Shown: piece after piece, positions 24,001-37,400 of the stretch
How positions within the stretch are numbered: position 1 is the first letter of the stretch
How the letters are laid out: each line of letters starts with the position of its first letter
From: Bugula neritina
Taxonomy: Eukaryota > Animalia > Bryozoa
Assembly: GCA_964035545.1 (NCBI GenBank)
Contig: OZ037767.1
Span: 21,530,628-21,594,627 of the forward strand
Length of the DNA: 64,000 nucleotides
Direction of reading: 5' to 3'
Program-made: the position numbers and the translations under genes
Notes under the pieces: model-generated
What the model saw: only the letters and a program-made list of their open reading frames with translations
Told to the model about the DNA's origin: nothing
The model's database searches: none

Positions 24001-27000
24001 ATATAGTATATAGTATATACTATATACTCTATACTATATACTATATATAGTATATATAGTATATACTATATCTTATATACTATATACTATATATGTGTAC
24101 TGTGAACAAGTAATTTGACACAGTCATAGCTGCTGGAAAGGGACAGAAATGGTGACACATGCCGGATACAGTCCTCAGTAACAACTCAGTTACTCCGAAT
24201 GTGCTGAAAGGATGTGATTATAGGAAGTTAACATGTAGCTGCAGGAAACAAGCAGGGAATACAATAACAAGAGCCTACCTCATTGGATGATTATGGTTTT
24301 GTATTAGATTATCATTGGTGTAACTGTAAAGTTAGAAATATGGGTAATCATATCAAATATACTGAGGGCATGACATACGTGATGCAATTAGGGTAAGATA
24401 TAGAAGCTTAGCGATAACAGAAATAATGCTGATGAGATTTCTTTGTAGAATTTGTGGTAAACTTAAACCCATACTTCAAATCTTTCAGAATATCTGCTAC
24501 AATCTACAGCATGTTGTAAAAATGGCTAAATAAACCCAAATCCAAAAGGTCTCTTTTCCACCAGCACTGCATAGCTTCAAATTGTGCTGTTTGAAGTAGC
24601 AATCCAAATTTATTATTATTATCGCAATAATCTTTTCAGAAAACAATTTAATTTTGTGGAAGTGTCTTAATGCTTTCTCATAATATGTTCAAATTTCAGC
24701 TAACAGATCAAAACCATGTACAAGTTTTAAGAGGAGTTAGTTTGGAGTTGCTTTGCATATTTGTTTTAAGGAAAAAGTGCAACCAAGTAAATTGTCAAGT
24801 TTAGAAATTATGTACATTTAATGATATTTTATTACTCTTTCATTTACTCAATTACAATCTAGCAATTTACAACGCTGTAACTTGAATGGTTTAAACTTTA
24901 AATAGTCAAACACCAACATGTTATCAATTAGGATTCTGTTCCTATAAACTACAATTTCTTTGCTGGCCAGCACATCGAGCTGTTCTATAATTATCCATTG
25001 CCTCTAAAAGCAATTTATATATCAATGCATATCCAACAGTTTTTAATGCCGTTAAGTGCTATATACTATAAATTATAAGTTGCATAGCCAGTCAATCTAT
25101 CCTGCCTACCTTGGCTGTGAGGTGGCTTGCACTGCAAGATCTATTTTGAGAAATGTGATTTTCACACTTTCATGCCAATCTCCAGAAAGTACCCAAGAAC
25201 AGTTGGCATTGGGAGGATAACTCTGAAATATTAAAATATTCCACACGTTTGAGTTAGAATACATAAGAATGTAACCTAATCTGTAGACAACGCTGTTTTA
25301 AGACATTTCTCCTTATCAACACAACACAGAGCACCATTGGCTTACTTCATTGCGCTAGTAGAAACTTGTATTAATTCTACCAAAGCATATTGGTAAAAGG
25401 TGTGTAAAATTAAGCAATGTTCTAAAGTAACTGCAGCACATATATGAGCCATGCATAGTGCCTCCTGTACATATAGGGACTGTTGCATAAACTGTACCTG
25501 CAATATAGGTATTCTTGTAGTACATACAAACTGACAATCAGTAGCAGTGAAGTATGATTCACAGTTTGTAGTGATGACTGATATGCTAAATATGATGCAC
25601 AGTTGTGTAGTAATGACTAATGTGTACCTGTGGGTATCCAGGGGAAAAGAACTTTCCTGATAATTTGGCTCCAGCAGAGATACGATAATCACATTGAGAG
25701 CCAGATATTTTTACACCATCACTTTGAAAAGAAGCTAAAAATCAAATATGATGTTTATTCTACACCCTATTGCAAGTAAGCATGTGTGTTATCATGCTGC
25801 CTTATTTCAGATTTATGCTTCTGGACTTGGAGAATGTGGGAGAATCTGGTGGAGAGGAGAAGGTTAAAATGTCAGTTTAGAAACCTAAACGTGAGTATTG
25901 CATAAAAAACTTATCTTCTAATATCACCAAGCAACATAAATCTCTGAGCATGTTCATATAAACTAAGCATTGCTTAGTTAATCTATCTGGGTACTAGGAA
26001 ACACTCACAGTACTAACAAAAAAGACAGATGCATATAGTATAATGTAATATTATAGCACCCATAAATAACCAATTTGATTATCAGACCTTAACTTGATGC
26101 TCACAACACATTTAAGAGACTTGGCCCCCAGTTGGGTTGCTTACTGGAAATATGCTTATATTATTAGCAGTACATATCTGCTTGAGATTTCTACAATGGA
26201 AAAATAAGTTGTCCATATGTTTGAAAAATTGTGGCCTTTATTTTATTTCCAGGGTTTTATTTCATATTAAATGATATCAAATTGGCAGTGACTCACCTTT
26301 GGGCAAGAAATTGAATATCCCTCTAAAGCCTCTTTGTTTTTTTCTTACCACCTCATCAGTGATGAGCTCTAATATAAGAACACCATGTTTAGAGTAAAAT
26401 CTCTTGTTAGACATCAATGTCATATTTCCACAGATCTGAGTATCAGCCTTGACTTCTTCATTGATAGAAGGACTCGTCTGGTGCAAGTAGACTCGTAGCT
26501 TGTCTCCAGTATTACAACTGAAATATAGAAACATTATTTAAACAGCATAAAAGTTAAACAAATGTTAAATTATGATATGGAAAGGATTTCAAAATCAACG
26601 AGTGTTCTGTAAATTGGGCCATCTTCAAATTTCATTATTAACAAAAGCATGCTTTTAGTTCAGCTTTTCTAACACATTTTAAAAATATTAAAACATTTTA
26701 CCTATAACCAATCACATTATGTAATTTGAATTTTTTATATTATAGAATGAAAATTATAAACAATTTCATATACTTTATAATGCATGCAAGCACATTAAGG
26801 TTGGTTTCAAATAATGAAACTATAATTTATATAGGCAGTAAATTATAATAATGTACCACAATGCACCAGAATGCACCACAAAGCACCACAATGCACCACA
26901 AAGCACCACAATGTGCTACAAAGCACCACAAAGCACCACAATTCAGCATTGCAGTTCTAATTCCACTTACTTCCCGTACTGGTTGACCTGACCAAGGTCA

Positions 27001-28330
27001 AGATCAGTGAATGTAATCTCAACTATCATTGGCTCATCGTCTGGAGCTATGAATGTGTAGAGAAGACAGTCTATGTTGTTTCTATATTGAGAAGGATACG
27101 ATGGTGAAAAGAACTCTCCAGACAGTTTGTCACCGTTCTTCTGAAACGTGACGCACTGACAGCCTAACAACAGGAAGTAGTACTACATTGCTTTTAAGAT
27201 CCTTAAGATCTTTATTCTCATTAACCTTGATGCAGTTGAGATAGGCAACATGCAAAACTTGAGATAAATGAATATTACAGATTTATATACCTAAAGATTT
27301 TATACCTTCAGAAACCAAATAGCTCAGCTCAAGATCGCCATTGAAAAGCTAAAGCAGATGTGATCTTTTTAAAGACGAGGGTCACCACATCTGCCTTTTA
27401 CTTTGTTACATTGATGTAACATTATGAGAGATTTAATTAAAGTTTATAAGACAACCATCTGGCAATAATGCATAATTTCTAGAGCAACTGTATACAAGGT
27501 ATATTATCAAATTACAGTACATGGTGAATCTACTAATAGGTTAAAGTCCCCAGTCATCTAAATATGCATAATGTTGAGAATATAATAAGTACGCGGTGGA
27601 ACAGCAAGTTGCTTTGTTACCAGCAAATATACAACGTTTAGGTACAGTAACAGAGAAATTTCAATAACCTAAATTCTTTGATTTTCTTAATGCATTGTGA
27701 GTTGGATGCTAGTCAAAACTCTCATGAGAACACAACTTCTTTTGCTACTTTTAACTTTTAGAACATGCAAGCTTTAGCTAGATTTTTACCTTCAGAGTCA
27801 CAACAGAATATTAAAAGGATTTATACTGTGACAGCAAGAAAAGGGTTTTTGATGACAATGCAGTGAAATGAAAGGCAAATTTGATAAGATATTCTAAATT
27901 ATCATGGGGGTTTTAAAAAGACAGCTGTTTCTGAAAATAGGAGTATTATAATTATTAATAGCAAATCTAGATTGTGGCTGCGAAAATTTGGAAGAGCTCA
28001 GCTTAAATAACACAGAATATTGAGGAGCTTGTAGACAAATATAGCAAATACTAGAACTTGCACATGCATGCAGTCACGCTACAGAAACGAATTTGAGCTA
28101 GGCCTTGGGGAAGTTTGAGAAAATTTGCAAATGACACAGGCAAGTGAAAACAAATTATATTATATGCTGTGATGAATTATACAAGAGTTTGCAGTTGGAT
28201 ATCATGAAGAGTAGGTAACAGAATTAGTACCTGGATTCAGTACACCATAGATGCTGCCCAATAAAAAGCTGACTATCAACGCTAATTTGACAGCGTTTGC
28301 TGCTGTCACATGCTTATACCCTGAAACCAT
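18074..28330 (-). CDS. sol-1: SOL-1 (suppressor of lurcher 1)-like protein with four CUB domains, signal peptide and hydrophobic C-terminal tail
   Basis: Phase-consistent exons 28330-28231, 27163-26971, 26517-26297, 25734-25628, 25222-25110, (24323-24279), 22968-22763, (22701-22678), 22179-21975, 21797-21601, 21487-21449, 20052-19884, 19280-19206, 18782-18634, 18180-18074. N-terminal LNPGCQCV..GEFFSPSYP..IDCLLYTF, the DFGI linker and SDYVRLSN match my recollection of SOL-1 family proteins. Four FSP/SPNYP...GF.Y/F CUB units. Confidence 0.85.
19419..19630 (-). mobile_element. tRNA-derived SINE, copy 1
   Basis: Head GGGAGCAGCCGTGGTCTAGGGGTTAGAGCG (A box), CTAGTAA loop, GAGTTCGAGCCC (B box), core GGTGATGTTAGGAAAAGCATCCAG. 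Flanked by a near-identical 16-bp direct repeat (19403-19418, 19634-19649). Second copy at 47279. Confidence 0.88.
20489..21433. mobile_element. PIF/Harbinger-type MITE (outer), interrupted by a second MITE
   Basis: TIRs AGGCCAAAGCACACTACTTGAA / TTCAAGTGTGGTGTGCTTTGACCT with TTA TSD (20486-20488, 21434-21436). Confidence 0.8.
20614..21404. mobile_element. ~790-bp MITE with AGATCGATCT subterminal repeats (inner)
   Basis: 37-bp TIR TCACCGGCTTTCCATGTACCGATCTCAGATCGATCTC (one mismatch). About nine AGATCGATCT-like palindromes cluster at the two ends. Confidence 0.9.
23560..24093. repeat. Low-complexity (TATAC/TATGC)n tract
   Basis: Degenerate pentamer and TA repeats. Confidence 0.9.
26855..26941. 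repeat. 10-bp tandem repeat (gcaccacaaa)
   Basis: About 8 copies near a splice donor. Confidence 0.85.
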
Positions 28331-29153
28331 GTTCAAAGTTGAATCAGTTTGAAATTGAGAAAAGTAGTCCGGCAACTAGGCGTCATATCAGCTGAAACAA
28401 TAAAAGGAATGGTAAGTTATTATGGAAAAATATATTTGATCGGTTTAAAACCTATCACTTTTCAGAATATCTGGTTATTAGTAGTATAGCATCTTATTAG
28501 TTGAAAAACAGCAGTTTTTTTAATCATTGAGAAAATCTCTCGACTAAAATTGTACCCTGCTACACCCAGAACGCAGAAAAGCTTGAATGTGTAATTATTA
28601 AATTCGAAGTAAAAATGGTTTTAATTAACAAGTGTCCAACTACCTCTGTTTCAATTAAATGGCATATACAGTGCATGCAACATGTGCAACATTGCATTAT
28701 TCATGTGTAGAAAATATATGCATCATACACATAATATTGTACAGTGCATATATTTATGTGCATTATTATAATTATTCAACACTGTGCATATACTATGACA
28801 TTACAGAACATAAACATCCTAACTTCCTACATGTAAACTCAAGTATATGTTTCTATAACTCATGTTCACAAAGTGCAGAACGGTTGGCTTGAACTCAAAC
28901 TATTAAGCAAGTAGCATATGGAAGTGTACAAGAAAGTGACATACACATGGTTATTTTTTATAAATATAATATACTTACACATTAATCTACCTCTTGAATA
29001 TATTCAATATAATTATGTAGTTATAGTATAGATAACAGGTAAAGCATGCAGTCATCTGAATATGGTACAATGCAGCTAGATGCTGATTCAACTATGCATA
29101 ATATTATGAATAAGAAGTAGCAGTGATTGTCACCATCCAACTGTATAGAGAAG

Positions 29154-29300
29154 CAACTCGTGTATAGACTACCAACTCGTGTATAGACTACCAACTCGTG
29201 TATAGACTACCAACTCGTGTATAGACTACCAACTCGTGTATAGACTACCAACTCCTGTATAGACTACCAACTCGTGTATAGACTACCAACACGTGTATAG
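29154..29300. repeat. 19-bp minisatellite (caactcgtgtatagactac), ~7 copies
   Basis: Visible tandem array. Confidence 0.92.
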
Positions 29301-30287
29301 AGTAGCGAGTAACAACTCGTAATGAGCAAATGGTCCTAACTGCCTGCTATTCAGCTGAGAAGCTAGAGGCTAATTATTATATCAGCAGCTGACTTAATGT
29401 CACCGTAATTTGCCAGCCACTCCTACTTCACAGAGAGTAATGACTAATCTACATACAAATGTACTCACAGCAATTTAATGTGCAGTATATTCAATTCCCT
29501 ATGCACAAGATGATGTGATTGTATCTATAATTTATTGATTTTCATGTTTTCAGCATTTTATAACTATACTATTAGGGCTAAATTCTCATACTTGTAGCTT
29601 TACAGTTGGGTAACTGCTGTAATCTTTTCACAACACAATTTTTCAGGCTGTTCATTGTAATTGCAGATTGTATTAAAATGCACTTGATAAACAATATAAT
29701 CAAGGAAGCAACTGGCTAAAATAAAATGTTTTAAGCAAATCATTTTACTCTATATTGCTACTAGAGCCATATCAACAAACAATACAGTCACAGAAGTTTT
29801 GTTTAGAGTGCGTACTTGAGACTTAAGTACTTGAGAGTTGAGTACTTAAAAGTAAGGTTCACTGTTGAGCCTCAAAGGCTCATAGAATCATAGTCTTTCA
29901 GAGAGAGACAATTTCTATTCAGCTCTAAAAACTTTGTTTGCTTTTCTCATATATTCTTAGGGTTTGTCTCCCTTGTAATATTGTAAAAGTTTACTGCTGA
30001 AGGTTTTGACAGTTGTTTCATTTCAGTTATCTTTTGTTCTTAGTTTAATACATGCAGTATACGTGACAGATGTACTTACCAGTAAATGTTAAAGTTCTGA
30101 GAAATAAATTGTTATTGCTGAGTTGAAGTAAATTTTTTTATAGAAAAATAGCAACATGGTTTTAAATGGTTTCCTTGTTAGGAAAATTATATGATTACAT
30201 GGGGCTGTTCATTGCTAGAAAGCCTTACTCCCCTACCAGCTGCCAGTTTCTGATGGTACAAAGGCTACATCATTAGGTGAAAATATA

Positions 30288-30650
30288 ACTCTATACTCTA
30301 TACTTTATACTTTATACTCTTTACTCTATACTCTATACTCTATACTCTATACTCTATACTCTATACTCTATACTCTATACTCTATACTATATACTCTATA
30401 CTCTATACTCTATACTCTATACCCTATACCCTATACCCTATACCCTATACCCTATACCCTATACCCTATACCCTATACTCTATACTCTATACTCTATACT
30501 CTATACTCTTTACTCTATACTCTATACTCTTTACTCTATACTCTATACTCTATACTCTATACTCTGTACTCTGTACTCTATACTCTATACTATTTACTCT
30601 ATACTCTATACTCTGTACTCTGTACTCTATACTCTATACTCTGTACTCCA
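30288..30650. repeat. 7-bp tandem repeat (actctat/accctat)n
   Basis: Visible array with an internal accctat variant block. Confidence 0.93.
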
Positions 30651-32073
30651 TAGCCTTGTAGCACAAGGAAAGAACAGTTCTTCAATTTGCTATAGTAACA
30701 TAATCACAACTCACAAGGGTATTTATTGTCATGTTATATCCATTATAATATATATATTAATTTCATAAAATGCCACGTACTCTCTCTGGAAAGCGCTAGT
30801 AGCTATAATAACTAAACTATATAAACTCTAATGTTGCCAGTTGCCTGAGAGACTATAGCAGAAAAACTTGCATTAAAATGAAAGTTGTTGATGCAACAAT
30901 TAATTTACTTAAACTGTGTGCTATAGAATATTATTTTGATTAAACCTAAAATAAACAACAGTCTGCATATTATCATTTAGATCTATGAATTGGGTGGTTA
31001 TGAAAAGCTTTAGCCTACAATAGTAAGAGTGACAATTCTGTTTAGCTGATGATGCTATGTATGATAAAGGTAAAAATAAATTATGTCTTAATACATTTTA
31101 GAAAACTACATTGTGTTTACTATCAGCTTATAGGATATCGAATTTCCAAGTGCAAAGTGAACAGCAGAGTTCCCGTGTTGTTTAATTCTATGTATTAAAA
31201 AAACTATTATAATATAGTATTATATTAAAAATTAAATAAATCACTGAAATTAGTTTTTTTTTAGAAAAATTATTGACTATATTTGTATATTTTTATTTCA
31301 ACTGAATATAGCTTACACGTGTGCTTGTGCCACTTCATGAGAGTGAGTCTAAAAATCTCTGTTGGGAGAAAGCAGAGTAATAACTAAAGAATAATATACC
31401 TGATAATGGGCAGGGAAAGTATGAAATCATATACCAGATAATTCACCACACAATAAGCATTGTAAGCCAGGGAAAACAAGAGATTAGTAGAGGAGAGACA
31501 TGTGACAATTCTCTCAATCTCTGTAATCACCACTTTAGTGTACAGCAACTTCTTGAATCAGTACACCAAGTGAGCCCAGCTATTTTATAATAACTATTTA
31601 CTTATAATGTGTACTAAAATGTGTTCGTATAAATAAGTTCATCTGTAGGTGCAGTATGAAGAGGCTTTACACTTTTAAGCAAATTAATATTTCAACAACA
31701 TAGTATGTTAATTAATTTAGTTCATGCATAGGTATAGTATAGTGTATATAGCATATAAACATGAAGCATAGTTAACATCAATCTCTTATCATAGATCTAA
31801 GTTGAACTAGTACAACAGACCGGCAACAGATAAATTACATGTAATCCTGCTTTAGCTGCACAACAAGTTTAGTCTATTATATAATAGGACATCCTATCAC
31901 TTGGTTTTGTCACACAGTAAATATAATAGTGTACCACCAGTAAGCAGTTCAACATTGCAAAAAGGCATGTGATGCTGATTGTCTAGAAAATCGTTATAAA
32001 CTGGTAAAAGTAGACATTTATTTCATAAATTCTTTTGATTTATTGATTTGAAGAAAATATATACTTCTGATTT

Positions 32074-32086
32074 GTTGCTAAGCAAC
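32074..32086. promoter_or_regulatory. RFX X-box-like palindrome GTTGCTAAGCAAC
   Basis: Matches the RFX consensus (GTTGC-N3-GCAAC); lies between the divergent sol-1-like and LRRIQ3 coding starts. Confidence 0.45.
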
Positions 32087-32289
32087 CTAATAATTTAAAA
32101 ATGTGCCTAGTGGTTCTTTAACGTGTTCCCTAATTCACTATTGAATGTAAATTTACAAATATTTGAACAACTTGATAAAAAAAAAACTTATTTTGGTTAG
32201 CAGTTTTCTTGGGTTTGAATTGGATATACAGAAGAGTATGTATTTTAGGCTATTATATAACTATAATATGTAATTATAATGTTACTCAC

Positions 32290-32352
32290 CTGTTAAAACT
32301 AAGGAGCTACGAATATGAGTATCTCATGTAAGCTTTCCAGTTTTGATCTTGC
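32290..32352 (-). other. Probable non-coding 5' UTR exon of the sol-1-like gene
   Basis: atcag| acceptor and CAG|GTGAGT donor on the minus strand upstream of the first coding exon. Confidence 0.4.
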
Positions 32353-33610
32353 CTGATACGTAGGCCTTTTAATAAAGGCTGTAAATAGGCTACTAATGCA
32401 AATTAAACAAGTGGGTTTCTATTAAACATATTGATTTCCAAAGAGATGTAGTAAATGGTTGTCTTGCATGGGTGAAATGCCACAATAGCATATAAATAAA
32501 GTATGAGCTATAAAACTAGTATTACATATTATGATATTGATGAGAATAGCCTGTACTAGACCCAGTACACTAGAGTGCAGTTTTCTCATGTCAATATATT
32601 ATTTTCTCTCATGTAGCTTTAGAAAAATCAGGTCATTAAAGTGTTATTCAACAGTTTCACCTCATAGTTGATTCATAGCAGCTCTGGGCTGTAGGGCTGC
32701 AGAGAAAAAAAACTACAAGCAAATTATAAATTCAAAATTGTTTTTAAATGTATTTTTGTTGAGTTGCGAACTAATTGAGAACTTGACATGCACTTTAGAA
32801 AAATAATCTCACAATGTTAAAGTTAAAACCACACAAATATATTCAACATTGAACGTTTAACGGACAAGCTTCAACTGCGCCACCTTTAATTATATATTAA
32901 GTGCAGTGTCAGTAGCAAAATTCAAAGTTTTTCGTGCTACACTGATAATAGTAATAGATCTGAGATTTGAATCTTCAGCGGTGAGAATGTTATGATTGCA
33001 AACACTTGCCTTTGTAACTCAACAGCTATTGTAGAACAGCTTCTGGAAACACAGACTATATGTTTTTAAACACTACTATGAAGATAATACTCGGAGCTAT
33101 AGTTTATTTTTATTTTCCACAAATATTGTTTTGTTACTTTGTCTCATGTAAATCAGTATTTAGGCCTATATACATGTTTTCTCAGTTATAATTGGCAAAT
33201 ATGTGCTAATCTTAAAATTTAAGAACTGAGGAGTATCAAAATAGCGATTCAATGTAGTTATGTCTAAAAGTCAACAGTGTGAACTTTAACCCTTTGAAAG
33301 TCAGTAGGTATTTACTAAAAATTATAATAACGTTATAGTGATCTTATAATTTACTATGAAGCCTAATCAAATAGCATTCAATATTTATAGTGATCTAACA
33401 CTGAGTTTAAATTGTTTTGAAGCTGAATAACTGTTTTCGGCTAAAATTTTTTATGTATGGTTAAACCCGATTCATTTTAACTTGTATGTTGTTTTTTTTA
33501 AAAATTATACACGTATAATAATAATTATTATTCTTTATTAAGCAGGGTTGTCGTCTCTTTTTATTATTCTTCGTAATACTTGAGTCGTTGTATGCGTAAA
33601 ATAATGGCCC

Positions 33611-33624
33611 GCAGCCATAGCAAC
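33611..33624 (+). promoter_or_regulatory. X-box half site (CCATAGCAAC) in the putative LRRIQ3 promoter
   Basis: Sits in a small CpG-containing patch ~800 bp upstream of the LRRIQ3 ATG. Confidence 0.4.
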
Positions 33625-34421
33625 TCAATGTTATAGAAGATGTGCATGTGCATTGCTAATTTCGCACCCTTTAAGTTTAGCTAATTAGCTAATTACTGTT
33701 AGTGTTACCGTTTCAGATATTACTACAAAATATTTTGAAAATTTTGTTTGAAATTTTATTAATCTTATATTGTCTAAGTAGCTATAACCGTTTAACGAGT
33801 TGAAGGTAGACTCTAGATTTAGATTTAGATTAAGTTTAAGATTGATTTTAATTTCAGACTGAGATGAATGGAAATATTAATGATATTGTCATTGATTACA
33901 TACATATGAGAATAAATATGACGATTTATTCTTAAAATAAATAACAGTTAATTAGTTTTTTAATTTTCAATAATGTTAGAAGATTATCAGTTGTTTTAGC
34001 ACAGGTTAAACCAGGTTTAAAGTTAAACTTAAAAGATATTCATATTGATAATGATATTTATATTCATATTGAATTATTGATATTCATAGACTCATTAAAT
34101 GTGATTGAGTCTTTCTTTAAGCGGGTCTCACTGTAAAGCTATATTTTAACTCACTAAATTTTATTTTAATTTGAGACAGATAATGAATTTGCATTCAATA
34201 AATCATGATAAAATACTTGCCTGTTGCAAAATGTTTTCTAATTTCATTAAAGAGGCTTACCCACAAAATTAATATTAGTTAATTTTTGAATTGATTATAA
34301 ACTATTTTAAATAAAGTGCCTTTGAAACACTATAACTGAATACAGATGCACAATGTGACTGTACGTAGCAACTGTTGACATAATTTATTTGTTATAATGG
34401 TTTTTGCAGATTCTATAAATA

Positions 34422-37400
34422 ATGGTTAGCATACCTGATTGGTCCCGGTTCCGGAGAGGTCCGCCTCCCCCAAGTCCACAAATGGCACGGCGTGCTTTGA
34501 CACCCCGGGAGAGGTATATTCGAGCTATGGAAAAAGAAGCTATAAACGAAGCTTCTAAAAAAGGATACTTTTTGGAACCTACGAAAGAAAACATAATTTC
34601 TGAGTTTGGTATGCGCTACTTTCTTGTAGTTTCAGCATTTACCTCTAAATTGAAAATGATTTCTTGACTGTGTTAAAGATTTTCAGTAATTCTCATGGTG
34701 TTAATAGTATTTTTGGAGAGTTTTATGGTCAGTATCGATCAGCATTTATCCAGATTAATCAGTATTAATAATCAACAAGAGTCATCTTGTAATGGCTATT
34801 GATTGATTCCAATAACAAACTATAAAACTCTCCAATTGAGATTTTGACTAAGTGAATTGTGAAGCAGACGCATGCATTATCTGATAACATACTCATGCAG
34901 CCAACACACAGAATGTGGAAGACAAAAAGACCGGGCTGTCTGTAGCTAGACAGGCGTGGCAGGTTCACCACATCAGATACACTTACAGGCATATGAAAAC
35001 CTTGGGAGACATCAGTGTTTTCAGCAGAATAGTCATTCTAATACTCGACCACAACTACTTGGAAAGTATCGATGACTTGGTCTCGTGCAAGCAGCTCATC
35101 AAACTGGACATTCACTCCAATCAGGTTGGTTGTTTTACAGTTAAGTACTCACAGAAACATCTCTACTTCCTAGTGGATTCTATGTAATACGGTGTGGGTT
35201 TTATCATGTTTATGGATTACAGTATGTAACTCAGCGTTTGGCAAGTGACCATCATGATATTTGATATGTACGTAACCATGTTAAGTGTTTTTGCTCAGAA
35301 ATGAACCAGCTCATACTTGTGCCATCACATTCTTTTGTGTCTCACCAGATGAAATATATTTCTCACCCTGCGGTTGACCTATATAATACTGTAAAATTGA
35401 ATATCTACTCTCGAGGTATAAATTAAATATTTATCAGCTCAAATACTTACTAGAGCTCATTGTGTGTATTTAATACTGTTTAGATCTCAGTGCTACCTGA
35501 TGGACTGTTCTGGTCTCAGCTACAAAACCTGAGAATTCTCATCGCTCATGACAACCCGATTGGAAGGGTGGAGGCCATACACAACCTCGTAGCTTGCAGC
35601 AGACTGCAAATACTCACACTCTATGACTCACCCCTGGCTATTAAGGTAGGTAACTATTTATAGATACAAAATACTAGTCTCGGTGCGTAATTTTAAAGAC
35701 TTTCAGCAGCTTAAATTTGCTGTTTCCATGTATCAAACGTTATTGAATTTAATGGGGACAACATAAGAGCATTCTAGTTGTTCCTATTATAAAAAGAGTG
35801 CATTGATATTTCCACATCAGCCAGGATTGCCAATTTAACCTGTATTAGTTGGCATATTCACAATACAGCTCAAAATTGTGCTTTCAATGCTGCTGTTACG
35901 CTGTTTGTTCACCCCATGTTATGTCATATCCCTTTTATACTGCTCACACTGCTAGCTGTACGGACTCCATCTCCTAACCAATAAGAATATAGTTCAGTAT
36001 TTCTTGCCACAACCCAATAACTAGTAAATACTAGTAAATAGTCTATAAAATGCAGTTGAGATTATGATCTCTTCTACCCTCTGCAGCGAAACTACAGACA
36101 CCATGTGGTCAACACTATTTGGTCACTCAAAGCTCTAGACCATCATGTGGTGTCTGATGAAGAGATCATTGAGGATGCTGTGTTTAAAAACACTCGGTTT
36201 GCTAGTAAAAAGAAAGCCTTTGAGATTGACCTTTGCCCGTCTCACCCCAAGGTAAGCCATCAGCAGCTGTACTTTTATGATTGTCTGTAAATAATTACAC
36301 TTTTAAACTTTGTGAGTTTTATGTTTGTAAATTGAAGTATATTGAACATTTTTAAAAGTTTATTTTTCGACAACTAGGATAGATTAGTGTTTCAAAGGAC
36401 CACTTACCTAGACAGGTTTTTTGATATCTTTCTCTTTGACACAATGATGCATATTTCACTTGTTGTTTGGTAGCCTGGGGCAACTTTTGAGCAGGAGTTG
36501 ATTGCAATTAGAGATTTGATGGCTAAAGTGAATTATGTGATGGCGCATTACTGTCCCGTACTTATCATACAAAAGAATATAAGATTTTGGCTAACTTACA
36601 GAAGATACAGACTTTACATGGACTCTAGAATGTGGTGAGTGATGTGACAGTGTGTAATAGTGTGACAGCGTAGTAGTGTGACAGTGTGTAGTATTGTGAC
36701 AGTGTATAGCAGTGTGATAGTGTGTAGTATTGTGACAGTGTACAGCAGTGTGTAGCAGTGTGACAGTGTAGTAGTAGTGTGACAGTGTATTAGTGTGACA
36801 GTGTAGTATGTGACAGTGTAGTGTTGTGACAGTGTGTAGTAGTGTGACAGTGTAGTGTGTGACAGTGTAGTAGTGTGACAGTGTGTAGTAGTGTGACAGT
36901 GTAGTAGTGTGTAGTAGTGTGACAGTTTGTAGTAGTGTGACAGTGTAGTATGTGACAGTGTAGTAGCGTGACAGTGTAGCAGTGTGACAGTGTAGTAGTG
37001 TGATAGTGTGTAATAGTGTGACAGCATGTATTAGTAGTGTTATCACGTTCAAAGGGCTGCCACAACTATCCAGAGAGCATGGAGAGAGTTCAAAGGTCTC
37101 CGTCAGCCAAGTGACGGAGAAGTGAATGTTGACGACATTGATAATATTGTTGACTCCCAGTTCCTCTCTACCTCACCTTCTTTCTTTCCTTCCCTGACAA
37201 AGTCTTCTGTACACCTCAAGAAGGAGAGTTCGTTTACTTCAAAGAATTTGAAGTCCAGTCACACGTTCAGAGTAAGATGCTTACACATAATTATACACAA
37301 ACTATACACATAGACTATACACATATACTATACACATATACTACACACATACTATACACATATACTGTACACATATACTATACATATATACTATACACAT

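Noticed and set aside
25110-25222. Suspected frameshift in a CUB2 exon
   Set aside because: Careful reading gives an open frame (SYPPNANCSWVLSGDWHESVKITFLKIDL).
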